A DNA stretch of 34,034 bases, from positions 1-34,034 of the forward strand of contig CAZAQZ010000002.1 of NCBI GenBank assembly GCA_964487175.1. The letters run 5' to 3'. Below the pieces are notes generated by a model. It saw only the letters and a program-made list of their open reading frames with translations. It made no database searches and was not told where the DNA came from. Position numbers and translations under genes: made by a program. The DNA comes from an uncultured Verrucomicrobiota bacterium (GTDB lineage Bacteria; Verrucomicrobiota; Verrucomicrobiia; Palsa-1439). Every line of letters begins with the position of its first letter. Position 1 is the first letter of the stretch. Positions 1-8,623 of the stretch are shown here, piece after piece.

Positions 1-1728
1 GGACACTTCTTCCCGGCTGAATATCTTTCCCTGTCGAAGCGCCTGAATCTGACCCGACAATCCAAGCGAACTAGGATACCGGATTCCAGTCAACCGTTCA
101 AACCGCGCAGTCGCCGCCACCACCTCCGCCTGATCGCCTTCATAGCGGATGATATAGGCGGCGTCTGCCTTCAGTAGCGATGCTGACTTGATCAGAATGC
201 GCTGTAACAACGGCTCCAATTCGAGTCGTTGCGCGCCGCCACTGCTGATTTCCACCAGCGTATTCAACTTTTCATTCTCACGCAATTGCGTCTCATAGAG
301 GCGGGCGTTGGCGATGGCTATACCCAATTGATTGCCCATGGCTGTCACCATCTCCACCACGTCCGGCGCGAATTCCAACTCCCGCTTACTGACCAGGCCC
401 AGCGTGCCCAGGACTTCGCCCTTTGCCTTCACCGGTACCACAATCAATGGCTTGAATCCATGCTTGCGCGCGGCTGTCGCCGCCATGGGGGCTTCTGAGG
501 ATAGATCGCTGAAGATTTTTGCCTGACCGGACGCTGCCACCACTCCAGTAACTCCCTCACCCCAGGCAACCAACCGCAACTGATCCACAAGCTCTTCCGG
601 CAACCCGGTGTGCACGTACAGCCGCAGGTGCTTTTGATCCAGCTCCGCCAGATGAATCCCGCCTCCCTCCATGCCCGTGCTTTCCAGAGCAACCTCCAGC
701 GTGTTGCGAGCTATCTCTTCGATCTTCAGGGACGAATTTGCAACCGCTGCAAGAGTGGTCAGTGCAGCGAGCTGCCGGTTCCGCCGCAGCAATTGTTGCT
801 GGCGCTGACGCATTTGGGTCACCTCGCGCACGACGAATTGAAACTCTTCGGGTTTGTCACCGTCGCGGGAGAAAATACTCGCGTTGCACTGCAAATCAAT
901 CCATTGGCCGTCCTTGCGGCAAAACCGGTATTCCAAGCTGTGCACGGATTCACCTAGCACCAGCTTGGCAAAAGCATTGCGGACCGCCTCGATATCGTCC
1001 GGATGAACCCTGTCAAACGGGTCGATCGCCGCTAACTCCTCCGTCCCGTACCCAAAAATCCGCGGAAACGCCGGGTTGGAGAATCGCGGACGGCCATCTA
1101 AACCAGCTATGTAGATCGCGTCGTCCGAGTTCTCCACCAGGCTGCGATACTGCTCTTCGCTCGCCCGCAGGTCCGCTTCCAATTGGGCGTGGACCATGGC
1201 ATTGCCGATCTGATTGGCGATGACCTCAATGAGATCGATGTCCTCGCCCTCGAACTCCCGCACCTTGTACGTTCCCAGTGCGAGCAAACCGACGACGAAC
1301 CCTTGTGCGCGAATGGGACACATGATGGCGGATCGGAATCCTGCCCGTACCACATCGACGCGAAACATGTGAGGCGTCAGAGTGAAATCCTCGATGACCT
1401 TGGTATTGCCCTCCAGGACCGCATTGATGGTCACGTCGTCGCTCTTGCGAAGCGTGGTGACCTGACGCGCAAACGCCTCGGAGACTCCGCGCCAGGCGAA
1501 CAAACGGAGCACCTGATCGCTGTCCTGCCACATATAGACTGCTCCGGCGTCGATTTGTGTCACCGCCAGGATGGCGTGCAAGGCATTGTCAGCTATTTCC
1601 TTCAGATCGAGGGTGCGGTTGACCGCATCAGCGATGAAATTGATCGCCGTAAGCCGTACTTCGCGCAAAGGCTTGGCCGTAGCTGACGTGGAGTCGAACA
1701 GTTTCATTGGCGCCCTGTGACGACTCAT
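1..1728 (-). CDS. Multi-domain GAF-PAS-GAF-GAF sensory protein, N-terminal ~570 aa only; the C-terminal output domain lies beyond the left edge
   Basis: I read the + strand in triplets from position 1 and found no tta/cta/tca (minus-strand stops) until cta at 1732..1734. In-frame ATGs lie at 1707 (MKLFDSTSATAKPLREV...) and 1728 (MSRHRAP-MKLF...). It is absent from the ORF track because it has no stop inside the window. The translation shows GAF-like segments (…LDLKEIADNALHAILAVTQIDAGAVYMW…, …GVTGVVAASGQAKIFSDL…VVPVKAKGEVLGTLGLVS…) and a clear PAS segment (EEQYRSLVENSDDAIYIAGLDGRPRFSNPAFPRIFGYGTEEL…YRFCRKDGQWIDLQCNAS). The + strand ORFs here (229..498, 610..957, 738..1223, 1183..1686) look like antisense shadows. 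Confidence 0.8.
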   Translation of the reverse strand, partial: MSRHRAPMKLFDSTSATAKPLREVRLTAINFIADAVNRTLDLKEIADNALHAILAVTQIDAGAVYMWQDSDQVLRLFAWRGVSEAFARQVTTLRKSDDVTINAVLEGNTKVIEDFTLTPHMFRVDVVRAGFRSAIMCPIRAQGFVVGLLALGTYKVREFEGEDIDLIEVIANQIGNAMVHAQLEADLRASEEQYRSLVENSDDAIYIAGLDGRPRFSNPAFPRIFGYGTEELAAIDPFDRVHPDDIEAVRNAFAKLVLGESVHSLEYRFCRKDGQWIDLQCNASIFSRDGDKPEEFQFVVREVTQMRQRQQQLLRRNRQLAALTTLAAVANSSLKIEEIARNTLEVALESTGMEGGGIHLAELDQKHLRLYVHTGLPEELVDQLRLVAWGEGVTGVVAASGQAKIFSDLSSEAPMAATAARKHGFKPLIVVPVKAKGEVLGTLGLVSKRELEFAPDVVEMVTAMGNQLGIAIANARLYETQLRENEKLNTLVEISSGGAQRLELEPLLQRILIKSASLLKADAAYIIRYEGDQAEVVAATARFERLTGIRYPSSLGLSGQIQALRQGKIFSREEVS

Positions 1729-1787
1729 ACCCTAACAGAAAAGCCGTGATTTTTCAGCAAATTTCGCCAATACTCGCTTCAGAACTT

Positions 1788-2168
1788 ATGGACAAACCAG
1801 ATAAACTTGATGATATTTTTCGCCTTCAGGAAGCCCTTAACCAGCGCATCGGGGTTAACACCTCCGGAATGACAGATGAGGAGCGCCAGAAATGGGTGCT
1901 GAACTACTGCCGTGCGATGACCCAAGAGATCGCTGAATTGACCGATAGCGTCCCGTGGAAATGGTGGGCCAAGTATCAGAAGTTCGACAAACAGAACGCG
2001 CGCGTCGAGGTGATCGATCTATTGCACTTCTTGATCTCGATTGCCCAGGTATTGGAAATGACACCCGAGGACGTTTACGAAGCCTACACCAAGAAGCACA
2101 AAGTCAATCTTGACCGCCAGGCATCCGGGTACAGTACAAAAGACGAAGACGATAGCCGCCATATCTGA
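1788..2168 (+). CDS. Dimeric (all-alpha) dUTPase-like NTP pyrophosphohydrolase, 126 aa
   Basis: This is the only + strand gene. MDKPDKLDDIFRLQEALNQRIG…QEIAELTDSVPWKWWAKYQKFDKQNARVEVIDLLHFLISIA… matches my recollection of the dimeric dUTPase / MazG-like all-alpha family (E-x-x-E…D…WKWW). The ATG at 1788 is preferred over the TTG at 1707 used by the ORF track, because the TTG would overlap the divergent sensor gene start. Family assignment is by eye only. Confidence 0.65.
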   Translation: MDKPDKLDDIFRLQEALNQRIGVNTSGMTDEERQKWVLNYCRAMTQEIAELTDSVPWKWWAKYQKFDKQNARVEVIDLLHFLISIAQVLEMTPEDVYEAYTKKHKVNLDRQASGYSTKDEDDSRHI

Positions 2169-2190
2169 ACGGCTGGCTGGCCCGTTCCCC

Positions 2191-2232
2191 CCAAAAACGA
2201 GCACGGCCTCCTCAAGCTGAGGAAGCCGTGCT
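2191..2232 (-). terminator. Rho-independent terminator closing the ribosomal super-operon; hairpin shared with the convergent + gene
   Basis: The minus-strand RNA reads GCACGGCUUCCUCA-GCU-UGAGGAGGCCGUGC, a 14-bp stem with one G-U (+ strand 2201..2231). It is followed by UCGUUUUUGG (the a-run at 2193..2197 on +). It lies 22 nt downstream of the rplQ TAA. In the + direction the stem has a C/A mismatch and no U-tail. Confidence 0.8.
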
Positions 2233-2253
2233 GAATCCCACGAGCAGATGATG

Positions 2254-2745
2254 TTAAGCTACCGGGGCGGCTTCCGCCTTCTTCTCGACTGATTTCTTTT
2301 CAGTCGATTTCTTCTTTTGCGAAGGCTTCGCCTCCGTTGGCTTTGGCTCTTCACCTTGCTTGGCGGCCTGTGGCTCGGGTGCGGCTACCACAGTCCCCGT
2401 CCATTCCAGGATCACCATTTCTGCTGCATCACCGACGCGGGCGCCAATGCGAATGATTCGCGTATAACCGCCCTTACGATCATCGTGTTGCTTGCCAAGC
2501 TCTGCGAATAGTTTCTTTACAGTAGGGCCATGCCGCAGAAATGCGACCGCCTGCCGCCGATCATGCAAGGTGCCTCCCTTTGCGAGAGTGACCATACGGT
2601 CGGCCCATCGGCGAGCCTCCTTGGCTTTGGCCACGGTCGTGCGTATCCGGCTGTGCGTAATCAGGCTACAGACCATATTCGCCAGCGTCGCACGCCGATG
2701 CTGGGATTTCATTCCCAGCTTGGCTGTTCGTTTACGGTGTCGCAT
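2254..2745 (-). CDS. rplQ: 50S ribosomal protein bL17
   Basis: 163 aa. It has the canonical opening MRHRKRTAKLGMKSQHRRATLANM… and …GGYTRIIRIGARVGDAAEM. It follows rpoA, as in the alpha operon. It carries a ~46-aa Lys/Glu/Ala/Pro-rich C-terminal tail. Confidence 0.97.
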   Translation of the reverse strand: MRHRKRTAKLGMKSQHRRATLANMVCSLITHSRIRTTVAKAKEARRWADRMVTLAKGGTLHDRRQAVAFLRHGPTVKKLFAELGKQHDDRKGGYTRIIRIGARVGDAAEMVILEWTGTVVAAPEPQAAKQGEEPKPTEAKPSQKKKSTEKKSVEKKAEAAPVA

Positions 2746-2771
2746 AACAATTCCCTCTTAAAACCGCTGGA

Positions 2772-3809
2772 TTACTTCTCTTCCATTGCCAACGCCGGAA
2801 CTTCCACCGGCGCCGCAGGAGCCTCCAGCACACTTGCATCAAACTTCATCCCCAGCGTCAATCCCAATCCGGAGAGCTTTTCCTTGATTTCATTCAAGGA
2901 TTTCTTGCCAAAGTTACGGTACTTCAGCATCTCCTGCTCGGTCTTCATCGCCAGCTGGCCAACAGTGGTGATGTTCGCATTGTTCAGGCAATTCGCCGCT
3001 CGCACGCTTAATTCGATCTCATTGACACTCATGTTCAGAATCTTCTTGAGTTTGGCCTGTTCCACGCTGACCTTCTCCGCGGCTTCTTCAAACTCAATGA
3101 CCAGACCCTTGTCGTAATCACAGAAGGAATCAAGGTGGTGCCTCAAAATGTTGCTCGATTGCACCAAGGCGTCGTCGGGTGTGATGCGTCCATCCGTCCA
3201 AACCTCAACGATTAGCTTATCGTAATCCGTCCGCTGTCCGACGCGCGTGTTTTCGACCGTGTAGCGAACGCGCCGCACAGGCGAGAACAGCGAATCGATG
3301 GCGATCACTCCGATCGGCTGCTCCGGCTTCTTGTTCTGCTCGGCGGGACAGAATCCGCGACCGACTTTAATCTCAAGCTCGCCCTCGAGCCGCATCTTCT
3401 TGTCCAGAGTGCAGATGTGTTGGTCAGGGTTTAACACTTCAACGACTTGGTCGCTCTTGATGTCGGCAGCCGTCACCGGGCCTTCCTTGTTGGCGGAAAG
3501 GTACACGATGTGCGGTTCCCGACTGTGAGATTTTAGCAACACTCTCTTCAAGTTCAGGATGATGTCAGTCACGTCCTCCACGACGCCCTGAATCGATGTG
3601 AATTCGTGAGGTGCTCCTTCGATCTTGATCGAAGTAATTGCCGCGCCTTCCAGCGAGCTCAACAATACGCGGCGCAGTGAGTTTCCGACCGTGTGACCGT
3701 AGCCTGCTTCGAACGGCTCCGCGATGAACTTTGCGTACGTTGGAGTCGCGGTGGAATCCTCCCGGATCAACCGTTTCGGCATTTCAAAACGACCTAAACG
3801 AACTGGCAT
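2772..3809 (-). CDS. rpoA: DNA-directed RNA polymerase subunit alpha
   Basis: 345 aa. Motifs: …EPFEAGYGHTVGNSLRRVLLSSLEGAAITSIKIEG… and the C-terminal domain …ELSVRAANCLNNANITTVGQL…NFGKKSLNEIKEKL. AGGAGG lies 7 nt upstream of the ATG. Confidence 0.98.
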   Translation of the reverse strand: MPVRLGRFEMPKRLIREDSTATPTYAKFIAEPFEAGYGHTVGNSLRRVLLSSLEGAAITSIKIEGAPHEFTSIQGVVEDVTDIILNLKRVLLKSHSREPHIVYLSANKEGPVTAADIKSDQVVEVLNPDQHICTLDKKMRLEGELEIKVGRGFCPAEQNKKPEQPIGVIAIDSLFSPVRRVRYTVENTRVGQRTDYDKLIVEVWTDGRITPDDALVQSSNILRHHLDSFCDYDKGLVIEFEEAAEKVSVEQAKLKKILNMSVNEIELSVRAANCLNNANITTVGQLAMKTEQEMLKYRNFGKKSLNEIKEKLSGLGLTLGMKFDASVLEAPAAPVEVPALAMEEK

Positions 3810-3880
3810 GATGTACTTCCTCCTGTGAGTTGGGTTTCCCGCGGCCTAGAAACGCGGACCAACAACTCGTTTGACTTTGG

Positions 3881-4489
3881 TTATCTAGAATAAAACTCAA
3901 CGATCAACTGCATATTAACGATCGGCTGAATGTCTTCGTGCGTCGGCATTCTCGTAATCTGCGCCCGCATGCCGTCACGGTTGAAGCTGATCCAGTCCGG
4001 GACAGGACGGATCTGCGCTGATTCCAGGCTCTTGGCCACCAGTTGACGGGACGCAGCCGTGTCTCGAATCTCGATCAAGTCGCCCGGCTTGACGTTGAAC
4101 GACGCAATACCAACCTTACGACCATTCACCCGCACGTGTCCGTGATTGACGATCTGCCGAGCAAATGGGCGCGTGCTTGCAAAACCTATCCGAAACACTG
4201 TGTTGTCCAACCGCGTTTCGAGCAGTTGCAACAGTGTCTCACCCGTCACGCCGCGCTTCTTGCGTGCTTTTTCAAACATTCGGCGAAACTGTCGTTCCAG
4301 CAATCCGTATTGATAGCGCAGCTTCTGTTTCTCCGCCAAACCAATCCCGTAATCGCTGTGCTTGCGACGTGATTTCGGCCCATGAACACCGGGCGGATAG
4401 CTGCGCCGCTCCAAATACTTCGACGGCCCAAAGATTGGCTGGCCAAATCGCCGGCTGATGCGTACTCGTGGTCCTTTGTATCGTGCCAT
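3881..4489 (-). CDS. rpsD: 30S ribosomal protein uS4
   Basis: 202 aa. MARYKGPRVRISRRFG…YGIGLAEKQKLRYQYGLLERQFR… is typical of S4. Position between rpsK and rpoA. Confidence 0.98.
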   Translation of the reverse strand: MARYKGPRVRISRRFGQPIFGPSKYLERRSYPPGVHGPKSRRKHSDYGIGLAEKQKLRYQYGLLERQFRRMFEKARKKRGVTGETLLQLLETRLDNTVFRIGFASTRPFARQIVNHGHVRVNGRKVGIASFNVKPGDLIEIRDTAASRQLVAKSLESAQIRPVPDWISFNRDGMRAQITRMPTHEDIQPIVNMQLIVEFYSR

Positions 4490-4507
4490 ACTCTTAAAAT
4501 CTCCTGA

Positions 4508-5059
4508 CTAGACGCGGCGGCGCTTGGGTGGACGGCAACCATTATGTGGAATTGGCGTAACGTCCTTAATCACTGTGATCTCCAGGCCGATGGCCTGAAG
4601 CGCACGGATCGCCGCCTCACGGCCGCTTCCGGGCCCCTTTACCCAGACCTCGATCTCGCGCAGTCCGTGCGCCATACCCTGACGAGCTGCATCTTGGGCA
4701 ACCAATTGCGCCGCATAAGCAGTGCTCTTGCGCGACCCTTTGAAACCAACCCGGCCCGCACTGGACCAGCCGATCACCTTGCCACCATGGTCCGTTATTG
4801 AAACAACCGTATTATTGAACGTCGCCATGATGTGAGCGATGCCCTGTATGACATTCTTGCTGTGCTTGGCCTTAATGACCTTCTTAACAACCTCGCCTTC
4901 AGCAAGCGCCTCCGCGGCTGTCGTCGGCACGGTTGATGTTGCCGCGGCCGGGGTGGCCGGTGCAGCCGAATCAGCCTTTGGGGCTGGTGCGCCTGCGGCT
5001 TCTGTCCCTGCGACTGGCTTCGCCTTAGGTTCTTCCGATTTCTTAGCTTCCTTTGCCAT
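4508..5059 (-). CDS. rpsK: 30S ribosomal protein uS11 with ~53-aa Ala/Pro/Thr-rich N-terminal extension
   Basis: 183 aa. The core …[30 protein letters not shown]…[11 protein letters not shown]…[13 protein letters not shown] is canonical S11. GAGGGAG lies 5 nt upstream of the ATG at 5059. No in-frame ATG/GTG/TTG lies closer to the conserved core. Confidence 0.96.
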   Translation of the reverse strand: MAKEAKKSEEPKAKPVAGTEAAGAPAPKADSAAPATPAAATSTVPTTAAEALAEGEVVKKVIKAKHSKNVIQGIAHIMATFNNTVVSITDHGGKVIGWSSAGRVGFKGSRKSTAYAAQLVAQDAARQGMAHGLREIEVWVKGPGSGREAAIRALQAIGLEITVIKDVTPIPHNGCRPPKRRRV

Positions 5060-5075
5060 TGTGCTCCCTCAACTG

Positions 5076-5465
5076 TTAAACCTTCCCAGCCTTCGCATCT
5101 TTGCTCCGGATAACGCCAACGGTCTTGCGTGGCCCCTTGCGTGTGCGTGCATTCGTGCCCGTGCGTTGTCCACGCACTGGCAGCCCCTTTTTGTGCCGAA
5201 TGCCTTGGTAACAATTAATACTCATCTTGCGCTTCACGTTCTGCTGGACTTCGCGACGCAGGTCACCCTCAATTCTATAGCCCTGCAATGCGGTCGTCAG
5301 GTGCGAGAGCTGTTCATCGTTCAGGTCTTTGGTCCGCAAATTGGGGTCTACCTTCGCCTTCTCGCAAACCTCGACCGCTGTCGTCGGCCCGATGCCGTAA
5401 ATGTACCGCAATGAAATGCCAACTTTCTTCTGATCAGGTATTTCAACACCGATAATTCGTGCCAT
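5076..5465 (-). CDS. rpsM: 30S ribosomal protein uS13
   Basis: 129 aa. MARIIGVEIPDQKKVGISLRYIYGIGPTTA… is canonical S13. Confidence 0.98.
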   Translation of the reverse strand: MARIIGVEIPDQKKVGISLRYIYGIGPTTAVEVCEKAKVDPNLRTKDLNDEQLSHLTTALQGYRIEGDLRREVQQNVKRKMSINCYQGIRHKKGLPVRGQRTGTNARTRKGPRKTVGVIRSKDAKAGKV

Positions 5466-5475
5466 GGAATTACTC

Positions 5476-5589
5476 CTACCCTTGACGCTGTTTGTGGCGC
5501 GGGGTCGTACAAATGACGCGCACCACGCCTTTGCGCTTCACAACTCTGCAGCGCTCACACAATCGTTTGACTGACGGTTTCACTTTCAT
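5476..5589 (-). CDS. rpmJ: 50S ribosomal protein bL36 (Zn-binding form)
   Basis: Translated by hand because it is below the ORF-track cutoff: [37 protein letters not shown], 37 aa, ATG at 5589, TAG at 5476..5478. It has the C-x2-C…C-x4-H pattern and sits between infA and rpsM as expected. Confidence 0.95.
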   Translation of the reverse strand: MKVKPSVKRLCERCRVVKRKGVVRVICTTPRHKQRQG

Positions 5590-5598
5590 GTTGTTTTC

Positions 5599-5817
5599 CT
5601 ACTTCTGCCGAAACGTAATTCGGCCCTTGCTCAAATCGTACGGTGACATTTCCACCATGACTTTGTCGCCCGGCATCAACCGGATAAAATGCAACCGCAT
5701 CTTTCCCGAAATATGGGCAAGAATCCGGTGCCTGTTCGGCAATTCTACACGAAACATCGTATTCGGCAACAATTCTACGACTGTGCCTTCGACTCGTATG
5801 GGCTCTTCCTTAGCCAC
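5599..5817 (-). CDS. infA: Translation initiation factor IF-1
   Basis: 72 aa. (M)[40 protein letters not shown]…[21 protein letters not shown] is canonical IF-1. The start codon is GTG (cac at 5815..5817). Confidence 0.97.
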   Translation of the reverse strand: MAKEEPIRVEGTVVELLPNTMFRVELPNRHRILAHISGKMRLHFIRLMPGDKVMVEMSPYDLSKGRITFRQK

Positions 5818-6554
5818 GTTAAAATCTCTGGTTCTCCCTCCGTTACCAACACCGTGTGCTCGAAATGCGCACTAGGTGCGCCGTCAGCCGCGACCACCGT
5901 CCACCCGTCGCCGAGCATTTTCACGTCACTGGTCCCTGCGTTGATCATCGGCTCAATTGCCAGGGTCATTCCCGGCTTGAGCTTTGGCCCATCCCCGGGC
6001 CGGCCATAGTTCGGAATCTGTGGTTCCTCGTGCATTCTTCTGCCCACACCATGGCCAACAAATTCGCGGACAACTGAGAATCCCTCGCTTTCCACCGTGC
6101 TCTGTACCGCATGTGAAATATCGCCGACGCGGTTGCCAGTTCTCGCCTGAGCGATGCCGGCGTGCAAGGCCTTTTCCGTAACCCGCAGTAAATCCTGTGT
6201 CCGAGGTGCAACCACCCCGACTGCCACTGTCGTCGCATTGTCCCCGACAAACCCATCCAGTATCACGCCGATGTCCAGGCTGACAATGTCGCCATACTGT
6301 ACTCGCCGCTTGCCGGGAATCCCGTGTACAACTTCCTCGTTGACCGACACGCAAATATGACCTGGATATCCCTTGTACCCGAGAAACGGACTCTTGGCGC
6401 CACATTGCTTAATCAAATTGCCTGCTGCCTCGTTTAATTCAGCTGTCGTACGACCCGGTTGCACCAGGGCGGCAATTCCCGCCAGAACCTTCGCGGCGGC
6501 ACCGCAAGCGGCCCGCATCCGTTCGATCTCATTAGCTGACTTGATCGGAATCAC
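5775..6554 (-). CDS. map: Type I methionine aminopeptidase
   Basis: 259 aa. Motifs: …HGIPG…[10 protein letters not shown]…GFVGDNA…[15 protein letters not shown]…MTLAIEPM…[15 protein letters not shown]. The GTG start overlaps the adk stop (GTGA). The 3' end overlaps infA by 43 nt. Confidence 0.96.
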   Translation of the reverse strand: MIPIKSANEIERMRAACGAAAKVLAGIAALVQPGRTTAELNEAAGNLIKQCGAKSPFLGYKGYPGHICVSVNEEVVHGIPGKRRVQYGDIVSLDIGVILDGFVGDNATTVAVGVVAPRTQDLLRVTEKALHAGIAQARTGNRVGDISHAVQSTVESEGFSVVREFVGHGVGRRMHEEPQIPNYGRPGDGPKLKPGMTLAIEPMINAGTSDVKMLGDGWTVVAADGAPSAHFEHTVLVTEGEPEILTWLRKSPYESKAQS

Positions 6555-7234
6555 GGCTTCACCAAGTGCATGATTTGGGCAAACGCTTTCTCTTTCACAC
6601 CGCTGCCGTCAACTCGCCGCAATACACCCGATCGCTCGTAATACTGGATTACCCCCTGCGTTAATTCTTCGTATACATGCAGCCGCTCCCGCACAGTCGC
6701 CTCTGTATCATCGGCCCGCCGAACCAATTTTCCTCCGCACTTATCGCACACGCCCGGTTCTCTTGGCGGCATTCGTTTGACATGGTAGAGCGCACCACAT
6801 GCTTCGCAGCTCAGACGCCCCAGAACGCGCTCAATAATTTCCGACTCGCCGAGTTCCAGCAGAATCACCAAACTAATGGGCATGCCTCGATCCTTCAACA
6901 AGTGATCCAACGCCTCGGCCTGGGGTACAGTGCGAGGAAACCCATCGAAGATGAAGCCCCGGCTGCGCCCGTGATCGTCCAGCCACAAGCGAACTAGCTC
7001 GACTGCGAGCTCGTCGGGCACCAGCTGCCCTTTGTCAATGAACCGTTTGGCCGACTCTCCAATCAGCCCACCCCTTCGCATCGCTTCGCGAAACATCTGC
7101 CCTGTAGATACGTGGGGCACACCCAACACCGCACTCAATTCCATCGCCGCCGTGCCCTTACCGGAAGCCGGCGGTCCAAGCAAAACGATGCGAGGGCGAC
7201 TCACATCACCCCTCTCGTCGTGTGCTGTGCGCAT
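6551..7234 (-). CDS. adk: Adenylate kinase with Zn-ribbon lid
   Basis: 227 aa. P-loop IVLLGPPASGKGT; lid CEACG…CDKCG. An alternative start is the GTG at 7204 (VSRPRIVLLGPP…), preceded by GAGAGGGG, which would give a more typical N-terminus. Confidence 0.95.
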   Translation of the reverse strand: MRTAHDERGDVSRPRIVLLGPPASGKGTAAMELSAVLGVPHVSTGQMFREAMRRGGLIGESAKRFIDKGQLVPDELAVELVRLWLDDHGRSRGFIFDGFPRTVPQAEALDHLLKDRGMPISLVILLELGESEIIERVLGRLSCEACGALYHVKRMPPREPGVCDKCGGKLVRRADDTEATVRERLHVYEELTQGVIQYYERSGVLRRVDGSGVKEKAFAQIMHLVKP

Positions 7235-7252
7235 TTCCCGTCACAACTGCCG

Positions 7253-8605
7253 TCAACGACGTCCGCGCATCCTGCCCTTGCGCAGAAATCCGTCATAATG
7301 ACGCATGATCAAATGGGATTCCACTTGGCGCATTGTATCCAACATCACGCCCACGGTGATCAAGAGGCTTGTCCCGCCAAAGAAACTCGCCGTTAGATAC
7401 GGCAGACGAAACCGGTGCGAAAGAATGTAGGGAATCACCGCTATCACTGTCAGAAACACAGCACCCGCCAGTGTGATTCGCGTCATTGTATGATCGAGAA
7501 ACTCAGCGGTCGGTTTGCCCGGACGAATGCCAGGCACATAGCCTCCATACTTCTTCAAATCGTCTGCAATCTGCAATGGATTAAACTGGGTTGCCACCCC
7601 GAAGTAGGAAAAGAATAAAATCATCAAGCCGTACTGTGACAGATACAAAAACTCGCCCTCCGTCAACGCACGAGACATCTTCTGCAACGTCGGCAAGTGC
7701 GAGAAGGACAATAGCTTCTGCGGAAACAACAGGATGGCTTGCGCGAAGATGATCGGCATCACACCCGAGTAGTTCACCCGCAATGGCATAAAGGTCTGTC
7801 CACCGCCGCGCACCTTCCGACCGATAACCTGCTTGGCGTATTGCACCGGAATCTTGCGCTGCGCCTCGGTCACGGCAATGACGACCGCGGTTACTGTCAC
7901 AGCCATGACGAGCAGTAAAATCGCGTGGAGGATGTTAAACTGCGCCTCACCCGCCTGCCCGAAAAACAAGGCTGACGCCTGCGCAATCGCGCGCGGGAGC
8001 CGATCAACAATTCCAATCGTGATAATGATCGAAACTCCATTTCCAATCCCGCGCTCGGTAATCTGCTCACCCAGCCACATCAACAGGATGCTGCCGCTCG
8101 TAATGGTAAGGACTGTCAGAAGCTCAAACCCAAGGCCGGGATCCTTCACAAGGACGCCCGTGAAACCGGGGAACAATTTGTCCGGATGCTCAAATGCTTT
8201 TGCCAGAAAAAAACTCTGGATTATGCAGATCCCCACAGTCATGTATCGCCCATACTGGATGATCTTCGTGTATCCGGATTGGCCTTCTTGACGCAGTCGT
8301 TCCAACGACGGCATCACAGCTGTCAACAACTGCATAATGATGGTAGCGGTGATGTACGGCATGACACCAAGCGCAAACACGGCGCAGTTCTGAAGCCCAC
8401 CTCCCGTCAACAGCATGGCGAGGCCAACGAAGCTGCCACCGACCTGGCTCTGCACGCGGCCGATATAATCGGTCAACGATGTCGGATCAACCCCTGGACA
8501 GGGAATATTGGCGCCAAGTCGGGCCAAGGCAACAATCCCAAGAGTAAATAGAATCCGCGTCCGAAGTTCGGGAATCTTCCAGCAATTGACGAAGGCAGAG
8601 AACAT
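7253..8605 (-). CDS. secY: Preprotein translocase subunit SecY
   Basis: 450 aa, multi-pass hydrophobic protein. Motifs: …IPELRTRILFTLGIVALARLGANIP…, …GVMPYITATIIMQLL…. Position after rplO. Confidence 0.97.
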   Translation of the reverse strand: MFSAFVNCWKIPELRTRILFTLGIVALARLGANIPCPGVDPTSLTDYIGRVQSQVGGSFVGLAMLLTGGGLQNCAVFALGVMPYITATIIMQLLTAVMPSLERLRQEGQSGYTKIIQYGRYMTVGICIIQSFFLAKAFEHPDKLFPGFTGVLVKDPGLGFELLTVLTITSGSILLMWLGEQITERGIGNGVSIIITIGIVDRLPRAIAQASALFFGQAGEAQFNILHAILLLVMAVTVTAVVIAVTEAQRKIPVQYAKQVIGRKVRGGGQTFMPLRVNYSGVMPIIFAQAILLFPQKLLSFSHLPTLQKMSRALTEGEFLYLSQYGLMILFFSYFGVATQFNPLQIADDLKKYGGYVPGIRPGKPTAEFLDHTMTRITLAGAVFLTVIAVIPYILSHRFRLPYLTASFFGGTSLLITVGVMLDTMRQVESHLIMRHYDGFLRKGRMRGRR

Positions 8606-8623
8606 GGCTTCTATGTGGCTGGA

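Noticed and set aside
1183-1686. 167-aa + strand ORF and other short ORFs on both strands in 229..1686
   Set aside because: They are all explained as off-frame or antisense readings of the long minus-strand GAF/PAS gene, which is open across the whole interval.
1707-1787. TTG-initiated 27-aa N-terminal extension of the dUTPase-like ORF
   Set aside because: It would overlap the divergent sensor gene start. The extension (MAPCDDSYPNRKAVIFQQISPILASEL) has no resemblance to the family. The ATG at 1788 begins the helical core.
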